DNA of 63,169 nucleotides, the filler included, from Collodictyon triciliatum (Eukaryota), in assembly GCA_043381765.1 (NCBI GenBank). It is 7 parts of 7 records of this genome, joined end to end, with 100 filler letters (N's around TTAATTAATTAA, not from the genome) between each part and the next. Parts side by side here need not be neighbours in the genome. Positions count along the whole stretch, not along the records: positions 59,240 to 63,169 come from JBHJMP010002585.1; 6 more parts are not named here. One strand, given 5' to 3'. Below the pieces are notes generated by a model. It saw only the letters and a list, made by a program, of their open reading frames with translations, was not told the DNA's origin and ran no database searches. Both the position numbers and the translations under genes were made by a program. This document shows positions 61,218 through 63,169 of the stretch, one piece after another; within the stretch, counting starts at the first letter, position 1, and each line of letters begins with the position of its first letter.

Positions 61218-62147
61218 TTAGAAAACTGAAAATCCTTTATTTTTGTATCCGTGGGCGATGTACAACCTCCTATCGGCGCTGAGAGCCACTCCCGTGGGAT
61301 AAGGCAGCCTTATGACGCCCACAGGAGTCAAGTCTCTCGAGTAGCAAGTCACGGTCCCATTCCCAAAGTCGCTGTATATGAAACCTCCGTCAGCCCCACG
61401 AGCCAAGTAGTTTGCGTAGTCAGACTCCTTTGTGATGTCCTTGTGTATCCCGAGCACCTTGCCATCGAGGTCGAACACGTAGAGAAGAGCGGCTCCATAA
61501 GGCGAAACAACTATGCAATCGTCGTCTGTGACTGTAATCCCACACGGACGTATCAACCGATTGGATTCCTCATCGCAGTGAAACGATTTGACGTAGCTCC
61601 CGGTTGGCGAATACTTGACCACACGATTGTTGCCGCTGTCTGTGATGTAGAAGAAGCCGAGAGAGTCGAAGGCGACGTTGAAAGGGCTGCTGAGTTTTTC
61701 TTCGGGGCTTGAATCCGTCATGGATCTTATGAGATTGCCATCCGCGGTAAGTAAGAGCGCGGAGCTGCGACAATACTCCACCACAACGAATCGGGATCCG
61801 TCTGGGGATATGGCCACCCCCCAAGGCCCAGTGATGCTCCGGAGCTCGAGATCATCTACGTTTGATACGCAACGCAGCGAGCGGAGGGTTTCGTCAAAGA
61901 TTTGGACGCCTCTTCCTTCGTTGTCGGCCAAGTAAACCTCTCCATTTATTGGGTCGCAGGAAACCCCCCAGGGTACTCTTAAATCCATCTGGGAAGCTCC
62001 TTTGCAGTTCGGCCCGATTGCAATGCGAGGTTGTTCAAGGAACTCAGTTGGCCACTCTAGGAACGGATGTCCGGTCGAAAGTATTATATATTTTGCGCTG
62101 AGTTCTGATTCCTGTGGCTGTGGCTGTGGCTGTGGTAGAAATGGCAT
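61218..62147 (-). CDS. Stand-alone NHL-repeat beta-propeller protein, intronless, ~309 aa
   Basis: Repeated NHL motifs PWGVSCDP..VYLADNE, PWGVAISPDG, PFNVAFDSLGFFYITDSGNNRVVKY, PCGITV, PTGVALSADRRLYI. The first ATG is at 62147; the frame is open further upstream. Confidence 0.8.
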   Translation of the reverse strand: MPFLPQPQPQPQESELSAKYIILSTGHPFLEWPTEFLEQPRIAIGPNCKGASQMDLRVPWGVSCDPINGEVYLADNEGRGVQIFDETLRSLRCVSNVDDLELRSITGPWGVAISPDGSRFVVVEYCRSSALLLTADGNLIRSMTDSSPEEKLSSPFNVAFDSLGFFYITDSGNNRVVKYSPTGSYVKSFHCDEESNRLIRPCGITVTDDDCIVVSPYGAALLYVFDLDGKVLGIHKDITKESDYANYLARGADGGFIYSDFGNGTVTCYSRDLTPVGVIRLPYPTGVALSADRRLYIAHGYKNKGFSVF

Positions 62148-63125
62148 GGAAAGCAAAGGTCTGATGTGTATTTTTCGAACGACGCCGCTGCCGACGGTGA
62201 TGCTGCAAACATTTACACACCGCGCATACAGTTGAAATCTGCATGTGCCTTTCTTTGATTGCGCCGTTTTTTTCACAAAGATCGCGTGGGTTTCGGCGAT
62301 GGAGAGCTTCTTCAAGTTTTCAAGTCGTACCCTGGTCAGCTGATGGCAATAGAAAATGAGAGTTATCAAGGTCTTCAAAAAAGAAAAAAAAGAGAGAGTG
62401 TGTGTATATTTTATTGTTGCTTGTGCTCCGTTTCTTTCGTTTCATTCTACCAATTTCATTGATTTGATTGCAGTGATGCTTGACAGTTGATGGAGAAATA
62501 TTGGTAATTCTCTTGAATCGAATGGTTGATTTGAAAAAAAAAAAAAAAGGTCTGTAGATTTCAAAGAGAGTATACTTTAATACGTATGAAATCACCTCTG
62601 CAAGATTCAAGTCCATTATGGATTGGCACCACTCATGAGATTCTTCAAATTTAGACTTTATTTTCGCATCTATAGACTCGTTCGTAGTTGATATCTAAAG
62701 TCGATTACAACCATAATATTAACAAACTGAGAAAATCATAAAGTATATATATATAAAACCTCCCAACAACAACAACCAAACACCCCCCCCCCCCCCCCCC
62801 CAGAATATGGGTTTATTCAGAAATAATTCAAAGGGAGTTTGGTGTTCTTTTTGTTTCAGTTTTATCACCAGCGCTTGTGCGTTAAATTGGAAGGAGAAAA
62901 ATAAAAACATCCTAGCTTTCAGTGAAACAATAACAATAATAATAACATTTATATCAACAGTAATACAAGGAATACTACGAAGAAGAATAGGGATTTCAAA
63001 TAAAATAATATATAGTAAAAGTAGATAAATAACAAATCCCCTTAATCCACCCTGCCTGCTAAAAGCTATCCTCTCATAAACACTCGCTCTGCCTCCCTTT
63101 AAGGCCGCACACGTAAAGAAGACAA

Positions 63126-63169
<44 letters not shown>

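Overview
Eukaryotic, AT-rich, intron-dense genomic DNA from a flagellated protist-like organism (WRAP73, BBS9 and an axonemal dynein light-chain domain gene are present). The standard code is used, since TAA, TAG and TGA all end genes. The window is not contiguous: seven contigs are joined by artificial 100-nt N/TTAATTAATTAA/N spacers. Hand-spliced genes are ZPR1 (frameshift plus in-frame stop), a VARP-like VPS9 GEF, WRAP73, threonine synthase (partial), WDR25, BBS9, an EDFCGT-type SAM methyltransferase (partial), an AXDND1-like protein, Exo84-like (partial), RPS26, a Rab (partial) and an intronless NHL protein, plus a decayed L1/Tx1-like retrotransposon. Three candidates for novel biology stand out. 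(1) An intron-containing gene at 14100-~19937 (-) has a core resembling a bacterial/phage restriction-modification adenine methyltransferase, with eroded catalytic motifs and long disordered regions ending in corepressor-like motifs, which suggests a domesticated R-M enzyme. (2) A signal-peptide protein carries seven near-identical WD40 repeats with variable loops on a stalk of at least 12 Cys-rich 93-aa repeats, a candidate variable surface receptor. (3) A short polyA-tailed retro-fragment occurs four times, three of them inside microsatellites. Family calls come from motif recognition by eye, not from database searches.
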